In this document: in pieces, positions 6,486-14,755 of the stretch
How positions within the stretch are numbered: position 1 is the stretch's first letter
Layout of the letters: every line of letters starts with the position of its first letter
Virus record (IMG/VR): IMGVR_UViG_3300042972_000030
Location: 1 to 31,902 of that record
Source: a virus
Taxonomy: Duplodnaviria > Caudoviricetes
DNA: 31,902 bases
Reading direction: 5' to 3' (one strand)
Program-made: the position numbers and the translations under genes
Notes under the pieces: model-generated
What the model saw: the letters and a program-made list of their open reading frames with translations, nothing else
What the model was told of the DNA's origin: nothing
Database searches by the model: none

Positions 6486-7297
6486 CCATGACAGAACAAG
6501 CATTGAAAATCACACGCACACCACACCTGAAGACCATCAAGGTCGGAGAATGCAGAATCAATTCGACCGCGCAGCGCGAGGCGAACGCGAACGCCATCTC
6601 CACTCTCGCAAGCCACTTCAATCCCGACCTGATGGGCATCCCCGTCGTCTCATACAGGGACGGCATCTACTGGATCATCGACGGACAGCATCGCATCCTC
6701 GCCCTCAAACAGACGCTCGGAGAGGATGCCGACGCATGGGAATTCGTCGCCGAAGTCTACCAGAACATAAGCGAGGAAGAAGAGGCTGCGCTATTTCTCG
6801 AATTGAACACAAGAAAACCAGTCAAGGCGTTCGACCGGTTCAAGGTAGGCGTGACAGCAGGTCTTCCCGAACCGTCAGACATCGAACGCATCGTCATATC
6901 ACACGGGCTGCGCGTCTCACAGGACGGACAGCAGGGGAGCATCAGCGCGGTCGGCGCTCTCGAATCCGTGTACCGCAAGCATGGTGCGAAGGCCCTGGCA
7001 TCCACGCTCACCATCATGAGTTCCGCGTGGGATTCCACCGTGTGGGACGCGTTCCTCATCCGCGGTATCGCCTTGTTCTGCAACCGGTATGCCACGCGCA
7101 TCAGCCAGCCCAGACTCATCAAACGCCTGAGCGAATACCCCTACGGCGTGAAAGGCATCAAGGCTGATTCCGCACGAACGAAACGCTCACTCGGCACCAA
7201 CCAAGACGTGGCGACGGCCTCGATCATCACCAACGCCTACAACAAGGGTCTTCGCGGTGTGAACTCGCTGGGCGACTGGTTTAAGGATCAGCAATGA
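6482..7297 (+). CDS. ParB/Srx-like DGQHR-motif protein (DUF6551-like)
   Basis: AQR..FNPDLMGIPVVS..YWIIDGQHRILAL..EEAALFLELN motif set. Confidence 0.8.
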   Translation: MTMTEQALKITRTPHLKTIKVGECRINSTAQREANANAISTLASHFNPDLMGIPVVSYRDGIYWIIDGQHRILALKQTLGEDADAWEFVAEVYQNISEEEEAALFLELNTRKPVKAFDRFKVGVTAGLPEPSDIERIVISHGLRVSQDGQQGSISAVGALESVYRKHGAKALASTLTIMSSAWDSTVWDAFLIRGIALFCNRYATRISQPRLIKRLSEYPYGVKGIKADSARTKRSLGTNQDVATASIITNAYNKGLRGVNSLGDWFKDQQ

Positions 7298-7632
7298 GAG
7301 CGGCGACAAGGGCGACAGATCCGGACACGTCGTTTGAGGCGGCGGCATCCGTGAACATGCCCAGACAGAGAGTGCATGTGTTGATTGCTCTTCTATGCGC
7401 GACCGGAAACACCCCGACCGCAACCTATGAGCAGATCATCGCATCGGCGAGAAGGTGCGGTTTCAAGGATTCCGAGTCCGGTTTGCGCTCCAGGTGCAAG
7501 GATCTCGTTGCTGATGGATATGTGAGGGTCGCCGACCATAACGGCATCAACCATGACGGCAGGCGCGTCCAGCGATTCCAGCCCACATGGAAGACACATC
7601 AGATGTTCCAGAATCTCGGGAAGGCGGCGTGA
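7294..7632 (+). CDS. Winged-helix DNA-binding phage protein
   Basis: RATDPDTSFEAA N-terminus; SGLRSRCKDLVADGYV helix-wing. Confidence 0.75.
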   Translation: MRAATRATDPDTSFEAAASVNMPRQRVHVLIALLCATGNTPTATYEQIIASARRCGFKDSESGLRSRCKDLVADGYVRVADHNGINHDGRRVQRFQPTWKTHQMFQNLGKAA

Positions 7633-7634
7633 TC

Positions 7635-7853
7635 ATGAAGTCGATAGCAGATTTGAAGGATGTGGAGTGGTGGACGGCGATGGATGCGGCTCGGGTTCTG
7701 AACATTGATTACAAGGTCGTCAGGGATGCTTTCAACAATCGTGATGTTGTCGTCAGATACCCCGGATCGTCGCGTGCGAAGGCGAATGCTGACGAGTTGA
7801 GGGAGTGGGCTAAGCACGCTCCGTTGACGCCTGGGGGTGAGTGGATTGACTGA
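7635..7853 (+). CDS. Excisionase-like HTH protein
   Basis: WWTAMDAARVLNIDYKVVRDA..ELREWA; start after AAGGCGG. Confidence 0.65.
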   Translation: MKSIADLKDVEWWTAMDAARVLNIDYKVVRDAFNNRDVVVRYPGSSRAKANADELREWAKHAPLTPGGEWID

Positions 7854-7959
7854 TCACAGTTTGCCTCTTGATTTTGAGCGTTTGGATCCGCGTACGTTGC
7901 AACTGATTCGGGATGGGGAGGTGTCTCATGTCGTTGATCACGAGCGACGGGGTGCGTAA
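7846..7959 (+). CDS. Possible 37-aa ORF (MTDHSLPLDFERLDPRTL...)
   Basis: TTG start overlapping the upstream stop; fills the gap; not in the ORF track. Confidence 0.3.
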   Translation: MTDHSLPLDFERLDPRTLQLIRDGEVSHVVDHERRGA

Positions 7960-8113
7960 CCAGAGGTTGCGGACTGTTAAACGGTTCGGCTGGTTTGGTG
8001 CGGATTTGTATGACGCGGACGAGGTTGACGCGTTACTGGATGACCGGGTGATCCCCACATTGGAAGCGCATGAATCCGGGTTGATTGAAAGATTTGGAAG
8101 GACATTGAAATGA
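7928..8113 (+). CDS. DivIVA-domain-containing small protein
   Basis: LITSDGVRNQRLRTVKR..YDADEVDALLD matches the DivIVA N-terminal pattern (LTP.DI....F.....GY...EVD.FLD); GGAGG SD. Confidence 0.75.
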   Translation: MSLITSDGVRNQRLRTVKRFGWFGADLYDADEVDALLDDRVIPTLEAHESGLIERFGRTLK

Positions 8114-9342
8114 GAATTACTGAGTTGCGGGCTGAGAATGTGAAGCGGTTGAAGGCCGTTGATATCACGCCCGGTGAGCATTTGCAGATTATTGGTGGCA
8201 GGAACGCCCAGGGCAAGAGCAGTGTGTTGGATGCGGTGGCGTTGGCGTTGACGGGTAAGGATGCGAAGAAGCTGAATCCTCGTCCCCTTCGTGACGGTGA
8301 GAAGAAGGGGAAAGTGCAGCTGGATCTTGGTGAGTATGTGGTGACGCGTACGTTCACTGCGAATGATGGTGGCGCGTTGACGGTGACCGCTGGCCGTTCT
8401 GGTGCTCGGTTCCCCAGTCCCCAGCGTGTGTTGGATGACCTGATGGGTCGTTTGTCGTTCGACCCGCAGGAGTTCATCGGACTGTCGGGGCGGGAGCAGG
8501 CCGAGGTGTTGCGTGGCCTGGTGGATCTGCCCATTGATCTGGATGAGGTGGATGCGCAGCTCGACGAGTTGGCGCAGCAGCGGTTGGTCAAGGGACGCGA
8601 GCTGAGTGCCAAGGGTGATTATGCTCCTCTTGATCCCAATGCGCCGACCGAGGAGAAGGCGGCAACGACTCTGCTGAACATGATTCAGGCCGCCCGTGAG
8701 AGGAATCAGGAGATTTTCCTGTCACGCTCTGAGGCTGAAGCCACTCAGCAGAAGATAGCAGTCATTGTCCGTCAGATCGAAACTCTTCAGGCGCAGCTCA
8801 CGGAAGCACGGGACCTCCAAGACAGGCAGAATGATCGCATCAATGGCCTTGGTGAGCAGGAGGATACTTCGGAGCTTGAATCGCAGCTTGCAAACGTCGA
8901 GAAATTGAACGCCAAGGCGCGCGCGAATCGTGATGCTTCCAAGCATAATGCGTCCATCGATGCGGCCAAGGCCGAGTACGAGGGTTTCACCGGTCGCATT
9001 GAGGCGTTACGAGAGTCGAAGGACAAGGCGCTTGCCGAGGCGAAGTTCCCGATTGACGGGCTTGGTTTCGACGAGTCGGGCGTCACCTACAAGGGCGTGC
9101 CATTCCAACAGGCGTCAAGCATGGAGCAACTGCGAGTGTCCCTGGCGATCGCGATGGTGTCGAATCCGAAACTGCGCGTCATCCGCATCAAGGACGGTTC
9201 CCTCCTGGATGATGACGCTCTCGCACTAGTAGCAGAAACCGCCGAACAGCACGATTACCAGGTGCTCATGGAGCGGGTAGGTACCGGGGATCCCGGCGCG
9301 ATCATCATCGAGGACGGCCAGGTCAAGGAGGCCACCAAATGA
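8110..9342 (+). CDS. SMC/Rad50-like ATPase
   Basis: Walker A GRNAQGKSS, central coiled coil, signature-like ASSMEQ, Walker B-like VIRIKDGSLLD. Confidence 0.85.
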   Translation: MRITELRAENVKRLKAVDITPGEHLQIIGGRNAQGKSSVLDAVALALTGKDAKKLNPRPLRDGEKKGKVQLDLGEYVVTRTFTANDGGALTVTAGRSGARFPSPQRVLDDLMGRLSFDPQEFIGLSGREQAEVLRGLVDLPIDLDEVDAQLDELAQQRLVKGRELSAKGDYAPLDPNAPTEEKAATTLLNMIQAARERNQEIFLSRSEAEATQQKIAVIVRQIETLQAQLTEARDLQDRQNDRINGLGEQEDTSELESQLANVEKLNAKARANRDASKHNASIDAAKAEYEGFTGRIEALRESKDKALAEAKFPIDGLGFDESGVTYKGVPFQQASSMEQLRVSLAIAMVSNPKLRVIRIKDGSLLDDDALALVAETAEQHDYQVLMERVGTGDPGAIIIEDGQVKEATK

Positions 9343-9854
9343 ACAACATTCAGGAACTCATAGCCGACGGCGAGATCACCCCGTTCGAGGCGGCGCAACA
9401 ACTTGCGTTGGTGACGGCCATGCTGCGCCAATTGAAGGATTCGGAGACAGCGCTGCGAGGCTATCTGACCGACCATCTGGATCCGAAGGAGCATCTGACC
9501 ACGGCGCTGGGCGTGGTGAGTTACAAGCGTGGCAGTGAGTCCAGGTGGCGGGTGAAAGATCCGGTCGCTTACGGCCAGTGGCTCGCCATGAATGGTGAGA
9601 CCGCGAGTGTGGAGGAGGTCCTGTACCCGGTGGAGTACGTCACGAAACCAGATGCGATCGAGAAACTGGTGCGTGACCACGGTGGCGAACAGCCCGATGG
9701 CGTGGAGCTCTCGGGCGGCAGGTCCGATTCGGTGGCCACGTCGAAGGTCAAAGCGTGGAGCGAGGTCATGGCAGACCTGACCGCGCAACGGCAGGCTGGC
9801 GCACTGCTCGGCATCGACGGTGGCAGCCAGACGGGTGAGGAGGTGATGTACTGA
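9339..9854 (+). CDS. Hypothetical protein in the recombination module
   Basis: Coupled ORF with AAGGAGG SD between the ATPase and Bet. Confidence 0.75.
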   Translation: MNNIQELIADGEITPFEAAQQLALVTAMLRQLKDSETALRGYLTDHLDPKEHLTTALGVVSYKRGSESRWRVKDPVAYGQWLAMNGETASVEEVLYPVEYVTKPDAIEKLVRDHGGEQPDGVELSGGRSDSVATSKVKAWSEVMADLTAQRQAGALLGIDGGSQTGEEVMY

Positions 9855-10720
9855 TGGGTAGCGAGCTGACGATCACGAACGAACAGAACACGTTCACGTC
9901 GACGCAGGTTGCCGCGTTGCAGCAGATGGGCGTGCAGGATGCCAGCCAGGGCGATCTGGAAGTGTTCTTCCATCAGGTGCAGCGTACCGGCCTGGACCCG
10001 TTCGCCAAACAGATCTATATGATCGGCCGTAAAACAAAAGTGGGCGGCGACTGGGTGACGAAACAGACCATCCAGGTTGGTATCGACGGGTTCCGTCTCA
10101 TTGCCCGCAGGGCTGCCGATCTGCACCATGACACATACGGGGAACCAGAAATACTGTGGTGTGGCTCAGACGCGGTATGGCATGACGTGTGGCTGGACCC
10201 CCAACACCCGCCGATGGCCGCGAAAGCGGTCGTTCAGCGGGCGGGCGGAACATTTACCGGCGTTGCCACCTATGCGGAATATGCGGGCACGAGATACGAC
10301 AAAAAAAGCGGACAGCAGGTAGTCAATAGCATGTGGGCTTCCAAGCCCGCGATCATGCTGGGGAAATGCGCCGAGGCGTTGGCGTTGCGGAAAGCATTCC
10401 CGCAGGATTTGTCCGGACTGTACACGTCGGATGAAATGCAATCCGCGGATAATGCCGATACCCGTCTCGTAACAGTTACAGCAAATGAAACACCTGTGGA
10501 ACCATCCCCGTCGAAAGAGGATTGCCTACAGATTTCTCGACTCCTGGTTCAGGGTGGGGTGCAAGGCAAGGAACAGGCGGCACAGGCACTCAGCGCTCTC
10601 ACAGGCCGCGATATTCAGGCCACCAGTGAACTGACGATGGTGGAAGCCGAACAGTTGCTCTCCGGCCCTGAACTGGTCGTCTCCCGCACCCAGCAGGCAC
10701 TGGGGGAACACCATGAGTGA
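9854..10720 (+). CDS. bet: Phage single-strand annealing recombinase (Bet/RecT family)
   Basis: RTGLDPFAKQIY..QVGIDGFRLIA..W..KPAIMLGKCAEALALRKAFP..GLYTSDEM. Confidence 0.92.
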   Translation: MGSELTITNEQNTFTSTQVAALQQMGVQDASQGDLEVFFHQVQRTGLDPFAKQIYMIGRKTKVGGDWVTKQTIQVGIDGFRLIARRAADLHHDTYGEPEILWCGSDAVWHDVWLDPQHPPMAAKAVVQRAGGTFTGVATYAEYAGTRYDKKSGQQVVNSMWASKPAIMLGKCAEALALRKAFPQDLSGLYTSDEMQSADNADTRLVTVTANETPVEPSPSKEDCLQISRLLVQGGVQGKEQAAQALSALTGRDIQATSELTMVEAEQLLSGPELVVSRTQQALGEHHE

Positions 10721-10910
10721 CACCACTGTCAACGCAATCTGGTTCCTACTCATGTTCCTGATGATGATCGTCTCCTGCGCTATGTCGTTCCTGAGTTTCG
10801 TCTGGCTGGTGTGTGCCGCGGCTTCCGGCTTGGGGCTCATGCCCTGGATCGTCTTGTTCCCACTGTCATTGATAGGTGTGTGGATTACGGCGGGGCAGGT
10901 GGAGCTATGA
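10713..10910 (+). CDS. Small membrane protein (2 TM)
   Basis: Almost entirely hydrophobic 65 aa; overlaps neighbours at both ends. Confidence 0.6.
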   Translation: MSDTTVNAIWFLLMFLMMIVSCAMSFLSFVWLVCAAASGLGLMPWIVLFPLSLIGVWITAGQVEL

Positions 10911-11089
10911 CCACAGATGTTCCTTTGCTGCATGGTGCGGTGCGTATCTGCGAGGTGTGTGGCGGCCCTGATATCGGCCCGCTCCGCTGCCCGCACGCAA
11001 TCGACCCGCATTATCCGTGTCCAGCTCGTAAACCTCGCCCGATTAAGGGCAACAACCCATACACACAGAGAAGTAGGAGAAACAGATGA
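10907..11089 (+). CDS. Small Cys-rich protein
   Basis: ATGA-coupled at both ends; CEVC..CPH..CP. Confidence 0.55.
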   Translation: MTTDVPLLHGAVRICEVCGGPDIGPLRCPHAIDPHYPCPARKPRPIKGNNPYTQRSRRNR

Positions 11090-11517
11090 GTATTGATATT
11101 GAATTCGTCGGCAATGCCGGTGACAAACCCAAGACCGTCACCTTCAACGATGGCAATACGGTCACGAGCGTGAGTGTCGGCGTGAACCAAGGGTATTACG
11201 ACAAGCAGCAGAACTGGGTGGATCAGGGTACTGCATGGTTCACTGTCAAACCATTCGGCAAGCAGGCTGAATCTCAGTTGAAGCACATTACCAAGGGTGT
11301 GAAGCTGCTGGTCAATGGGAGTCTGAAAACCCGTGAATACACGGATAAACAGGGCATGAAGCGTCTCTCGCTTGAGGTGACCGCACGCAGGCTTGGCATC
11401 GTGCACACCGACAGGCAACAATCCCAACCCGAATACCGGTCACCACAATCCCAGCCGCACACTTCGCAATCACAGTCCGACCCGTGGGGAGGCAATAATG
11501 GCGACCCCGAGTTTTAG
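11086..11517 (+). CDS. ssb: Single-stranded DNA-binding protein
   Basis: OB-fold pattern (GNAGDKP..KGVKLLVNGSLKTREYTDKQG) and acidic tail DPEF. Confidence 0.93.
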   Translation: MSIDIEFVGNAGDKPKTVTFNDGNTVTSVSVGVNQGYYDKQQNWVDQGTAWFTVKPFGKQAESQLKHITKGVKLLVNGSLKTREYTDKQGMKRLSLEVTARRLGIVHTDRQQSQPEYRSPQSQPHTSQSQSDPWGGNNGDPEF

Positions 11518-11647
11518 CGCTTATGTGTATCCGGCTGAGACGCCATTTGAATGCGACAAATGCCCCTGTGGGGAAGACCTTAACGCTCAGGGGCATTGCA
11601 TGAGCGGAACGAATCATTACCAAGACGAGTACTGGGAGCAAGCATGA
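11498..11647 (+). CDS. Small Cys-containing protein
   Basis: GGAGG SD before ATG 11498; ATGA overlap with the resolvase. Confidence 0.45.
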   Translation: MATPSFSAYVYPAETPFECDKCPCGEDLNAQGHCMSGTNHYQDEYWEQA

Positions 11648-12147
11648 GCAGGAACAGGAGAAGTGCGAAGACGGCGGGCACGAGGTTCGAGACCGCGGTG
11701 CGTGACTATCTGGCTTGGGCGTTGCAGGATGAACGCATCATGCGTCCCAGGCTCCACGGCAGTAAGGATATGGGTGATATCGCGAACGTGTGCTTCATGG
11801 GGCAGAAGGTCTGTATCGAGTGCAAGAACACTGCGGCGAAAGCCTACAGACAGCATCTGCGCGAGGCGGCGGTAGAGGCGGGGAATCTGGACGCACCCTT
11901 CTACTTCGTGGTGCAGAAAGTGCCCGGCATCGGCATCAGGAGCATCGACAGCTTAGGCCAGCAGCTCGCCTACACGACACCAGAAGTGATCCGCATGATG
12001 CGACGGGAAGCACCACAGGATCTCTTTCTGAACAACACGATGAATGTCGGCCCGTTAGAACGATCGGGATTCATTTCACTCAGTCTCAAAAGCCTGGCAT
12101 TCATCTTGAACCACGGCATCACACTAGGAACGGAACAGGAATCATGA
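11644..12147 (+). CDS. Holliday junction resolvase (PD-(D/E)xK, actinophage type)
   Basis: AKTAGTRFETAVRDYL..DMGDI..CIECKN motif. Confidence 0.82.
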   Translation: MSRNRRSAKTAGTRFETAVRDYLAWALQDERIMRPRLHGSKDMGDIANVCFMGQKVCIECKNTAAKAYRQHLREAAVEAGNLDAPFYFVVQKVPGIGIRSIDSLGQQLAYTTPEVIRMMRREAPQDLFLNNTMNVGPLERSGFISLSLKSLAFILNHGITLGTEQES

Positions 12148-12425
12148 CACAAAAAGACATGCAACTCGAGTCAATAACAAGGATCGTCGAACCACTGCTA
12201 CCGAATAGGCACCGTGCGTTGTTCGAGTTGGAGGGCAAGCCAATCGTCTACATGGACATCCCCATTGACGCTCCCGAGCATGCAACCGTGCATTTCGACG
12301 ACGTACTGATCGATTCACCCACGGACGTGATCGAGTACATGCAATCCATGCTCAACGGACTATCCGAAGCACTCGAACAATACAAGAACAGAAGAAACCG
12401 GTTGGAGCAGGGGCAGGAATCATGA
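12144..12425 (+). CDS. Hypothetical protein
   Basis: ATGA-coupled; start taken at MTQKDM rather than the long track ORF. Confidence 0.65.
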   Translation: MTQKDMQLESITRIVEPLLPNRHRALFELEGKPIVYMDIPIDAPEHATVHFDDVLIDSPTDVIEYMQSMLNGLSEALEQYKNRRNRLEQGQES

Positions 12426-12634
12426 CACAAGAACATCTGCTTTCCACACAGAGCATCAAGGACGCTTTCGTGCAGGGAAGGCTGGGGTTATATACGGAGA
12501 TCCCGGTTGAGGCGATCGCGCGGAACGAAGAGAATTTCGATGCTTGGCTTGCTGCTCATGATGCTGATGTACTGCAACGGGCTATGGCGGTGATAGCAAA
12601 AGACACGGTCAGAAAAGGGGTTTTTGAATCATGA
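12422..12634 (+). CDS. Hypothetical protein (AAHDA motif)
   Basis: ATGA-coupled; FDAWLAAHDA. Confidence 0.7.
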   Translation: MTQEHLLSTQSIKDAFVQGRLGLYTEIPVEAIARNEENFDAWLAAHDADVLQRAMAVIAKDTVRKGVFES

Positions 12635-13017
12635 CACAGGGAAACGAACCAATTGAATTAACCGAACTCACGCCGGAGCCAAAAGAAGAAGGGTTCTATC
12701 TATTAAGCGATAAGGACAGTGGTCGAATAGTCGATTGCTGGTCTCACGATACCGATCGCCACTTCTCCTGGTCTGATATGGAATCTTGGGGCACATGGGA
12801 AACGATGCGCAAAGAAAGCTTGGGTTGGAGTCTTCAGTCGCTTGCCGCTCATGATGCTCAGATACGAGCAGAGGCACTCACGCTGACCGATAAGGAATCA
12901 AACAAACTATCTGAGGTCATTTGGAACTACGTCGAGGACGAGGATTTGGATGCGGCGACAGGCGAGGTTAAGAGCACCTTGGAGACGATTGCCAAAACCA
13001 GAATGGAGCAGAAGTAA
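12631..13017 (+). CDS. Hypothetical protein (AAHDA motif)
   Basis: ATGA-coupled; LAAHDAQIRAEAL. Confidence 0.7.
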   Translation: MTQGNEPIELTELTPEPKEEGFYLLSDKDSGRIVDCWSHDTDRHFSWSDMESWGTWETMRKESLGWSLQSLAAHDAQIRAEALTLTDKESNKLSEVIWNYVEDEDLDAATGEVKSTLETIAKTRMEQK

Positions 13018-13157
13018 TGGGTTGGTATGTACAGATAGGCAATTTCGAGACGACGTTCGGTGGGCCTAAATGCGGAAGGTGTGGTGGCAAACTGCTGCCG
13101 ATTCATTACATCTCTCTGCGCCATTGGCGTTGCCCCAATTGTGGGAAAACCTACTAA
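13017..13157 (+). CDS. 46-aa zinc-ribbon protein (not in ORF track)
   Basis: TAATG coupling, GGAG SD; MGWYVQIGNFETTFGGPKCGRCGGKLLPIHYISLRHWRCPNCGKTY. Confidence 0.65.
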   Translation: MGWYVQIGNFETTFGGPKCGRCGGKLLPIHYISLRHWRCPNCGKTY

Positions 13158-13169
13158 GGAGGTGGAGCA

Positions 13170-13439
13170 ATGAGTATCGCTGAACAGGAAGCAGAGGAAA
13201 AGATCGAGCGAATCCCTTGTATCTATGATTCCGATGATTTGCGTAAAGCCTACGTTGCCGGGCGTACCGCTGATCCCACGGAAGCGGAGATCGAGGCCAT
13301 GGCTCGTTTGGAGGCCCAGGAGGAGAACGAGGACGGTTTTGGTGAACCGTGGGATTGCATGGTTGAGGAGGATCAGAACGCGTTTCGGGCTACCGCGAAG
13401 CGTATGCTCCTGGCCGCTCGTAAGGCGGTGGCGGAATGA
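13170..13439 (+). CDS. Hypothetical acidic protein
   Basis: Strong AAGGAGG SD; coupled downstream. Confidence 0.7.
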   Translation: MSIAEQEAEEKIERIPCIYDSDDLRKAYVAGRTADPTEAEIEAMARLEAQEENEDGFGEPWDCMVEEDQNAFRATAKRMLLAARKAVAE

Positions 13440-13801
13440 CATTGCGAATTGAGAATTTTGCCGGGTGGCTGGCATGCGGCGAACGTGGTGAATCTTCTAA
13501 TGCGATTGTTGCGCGCGTCACCGGTATGCCAGTAGGAAACTACGGTGTCAGGTCTACTGGCTACCCGCATGATCCTTCGGATTTCCGTCGTTGCATCCAG
13601 TTAATCAATCAATACCCCGTGTTGCGTTCCAAGCTGTATGAAATGAGAGATGTCAGTGCTCAGTGGAGACAGGTTGTTGACCACTGGGATGAATTGGAAG
13701 CCTTGTATGAGACGGAGAGGAAGCGCGCTGATGGTAATGCTCCGTTGCTTTATGAGCGCTTACTCGACTTGGCAGACCAGGCGGTGAGCGCCGATGAGTG
13801 A
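13436..13801 (+). CDS. Hypothetical phage protein (PHDPSDFRRC motif)
   Basis: GESS..YPHDPSDFRRC..W..VVDHWDEL; coupled. Confidence 0.75.
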   Translation: MTLRIENFAGWLACGERGESSNAIVARVTGMPVGNYGVRSTGYPHDPSDFRRCIQLINQYPVLRSKLYEMRDVSAQWRQVVDHWDELEALYETERKRADGNAPLLYERLLDLADQAVSADE

Positions 13802-14165
13802 TATCGACCATGAATATACCGATGAGATTGTTTGCCCGTATTGCGGCAACGTGTTTGGTGACTCTTGGGAGTGCAGTCCGAACGACGAGAACGGCTGGAC
13901 CGATTGTGATGAATGCGGTCGTGTTATCGAATTCACTCGGAATATCACTGTTTCATATTCCACCGCTAAGCCGTCGTCAGCGCGGAATGAATCGTTTGGC
14001 GTCCCCGAAACAGTGAAGTGTGCAGTCTGTCGTAAAGCTGGCGATACGCGTTTCCACTGCCAATTCTGCGGTCAGTTTGTGTGCGGTGATTGCGAGAAGA
14101 AGAAAGCTGAATGCTGCAGTTGGTACAAGGAGGTCAAGGAACAGGAAGGAGAAACCGATGAGTGA
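13794..14165 (+). CDS. Multi-zinc-finger protein
   Basis: CPYC, CDEC, CAVC, CQFC, CGDC pairs. Confidence 0.7.
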   Translation: MSDIDHEYTDEIVCPYCGNVFGDSWECSPNDENGWTDCDECGRVIEFTRNITVSYSTAKPSSARNESFGVPETVKCAVCRKAGDTRFHCQFCGQFVCGDCEKKKAECCSWYKEVKEQEGETDE

Positions 14166-14517
14166 TTTCTGGGATTCGAAGACGGTCAGGGCGCGTAAGC
14201 AGCATCGGTGTGATCTATGTGGAGAGGTTATCGCGCCAGGTGAGTCGTATTCGCGTGGTGCCGGGGTGATTGAGGGTGATTTCTCAACTTGGAATGAGTG
14301 CATGCCTTGCTTGGAGTTTGCCAAAGTGTATTTCTCGGAGTCCGGCAATGATGAGATCACAGAGGATTCTGCTGTTGAGTTTGCTCGCGACCTGCTGTCC
14401 GATTCGCATGGCCCTTCACAAGCCAAGGTTGCTGACCTGGTGATTGCTGATTCGTTCATACGGCGAAGCGCGGGTCGATTTGCTGAGGCCTCTGATTGGG
14501 GTGATGACCTTGAGTGA
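14158..14517 (+). CDS. Zinc-binding phage protein
   Basis: RARKQHRCDLCGEVIAPGESY..CMPC; GGAG SD before ATG 14158. Confidence 0.72.
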   Translation: MSDFWDSKTVRARKQHRCDLCGEVIAPGESYSRGAGVIEGDFSTWNECMPCLEFAKVYFSESGNDEITEDSAVEFARDLLSDSHGPSQAKVADLVIADSFIRRSAGRFAEASDWGDDLE

Positions 14518-14755
14518 GCATGCTATTCAACGATGTTCCCTGCCGAAGCTGACTCGTTGGGCCAGTGGTGATGTTGCGAGATGCCCTGATTGCGGTCAGT
14601 GGTGGGTCAGCCGCAGCCACCTGGGCGAGTCAGTCGAAGAAACGTACGGGTATTGGCATCACATCGGCTGGCTCGCCATTCATACGCGGTACAGGGCGCA
14701 ATACAAGCATTGGAAAGGAGGCGGTGAGGATGGTGGCATTGCAGCCGGTGCTTGA
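14504..14755 (+). CDS. Small hypothetical protein (CPDC)
   Basis: Fills the gap and overlaps neighbours; start uncertain (14504 or 14510). Confidence 0.5.
   Translation: MTLSEHAIQRCSLPKLTRWASGDVARCPDCGQWWVSRSHLGESVEETYGYWHHIGWLAIHTRYRAQYKHWKGGGEDGGIAAGA

Noticed and set aside
12136-12638. Junction repeats as att sites or CRISPR repeats
   Set aside because: They coincide with SD/stop/start overlaps of consecutive genes and have gene-sized spacing.
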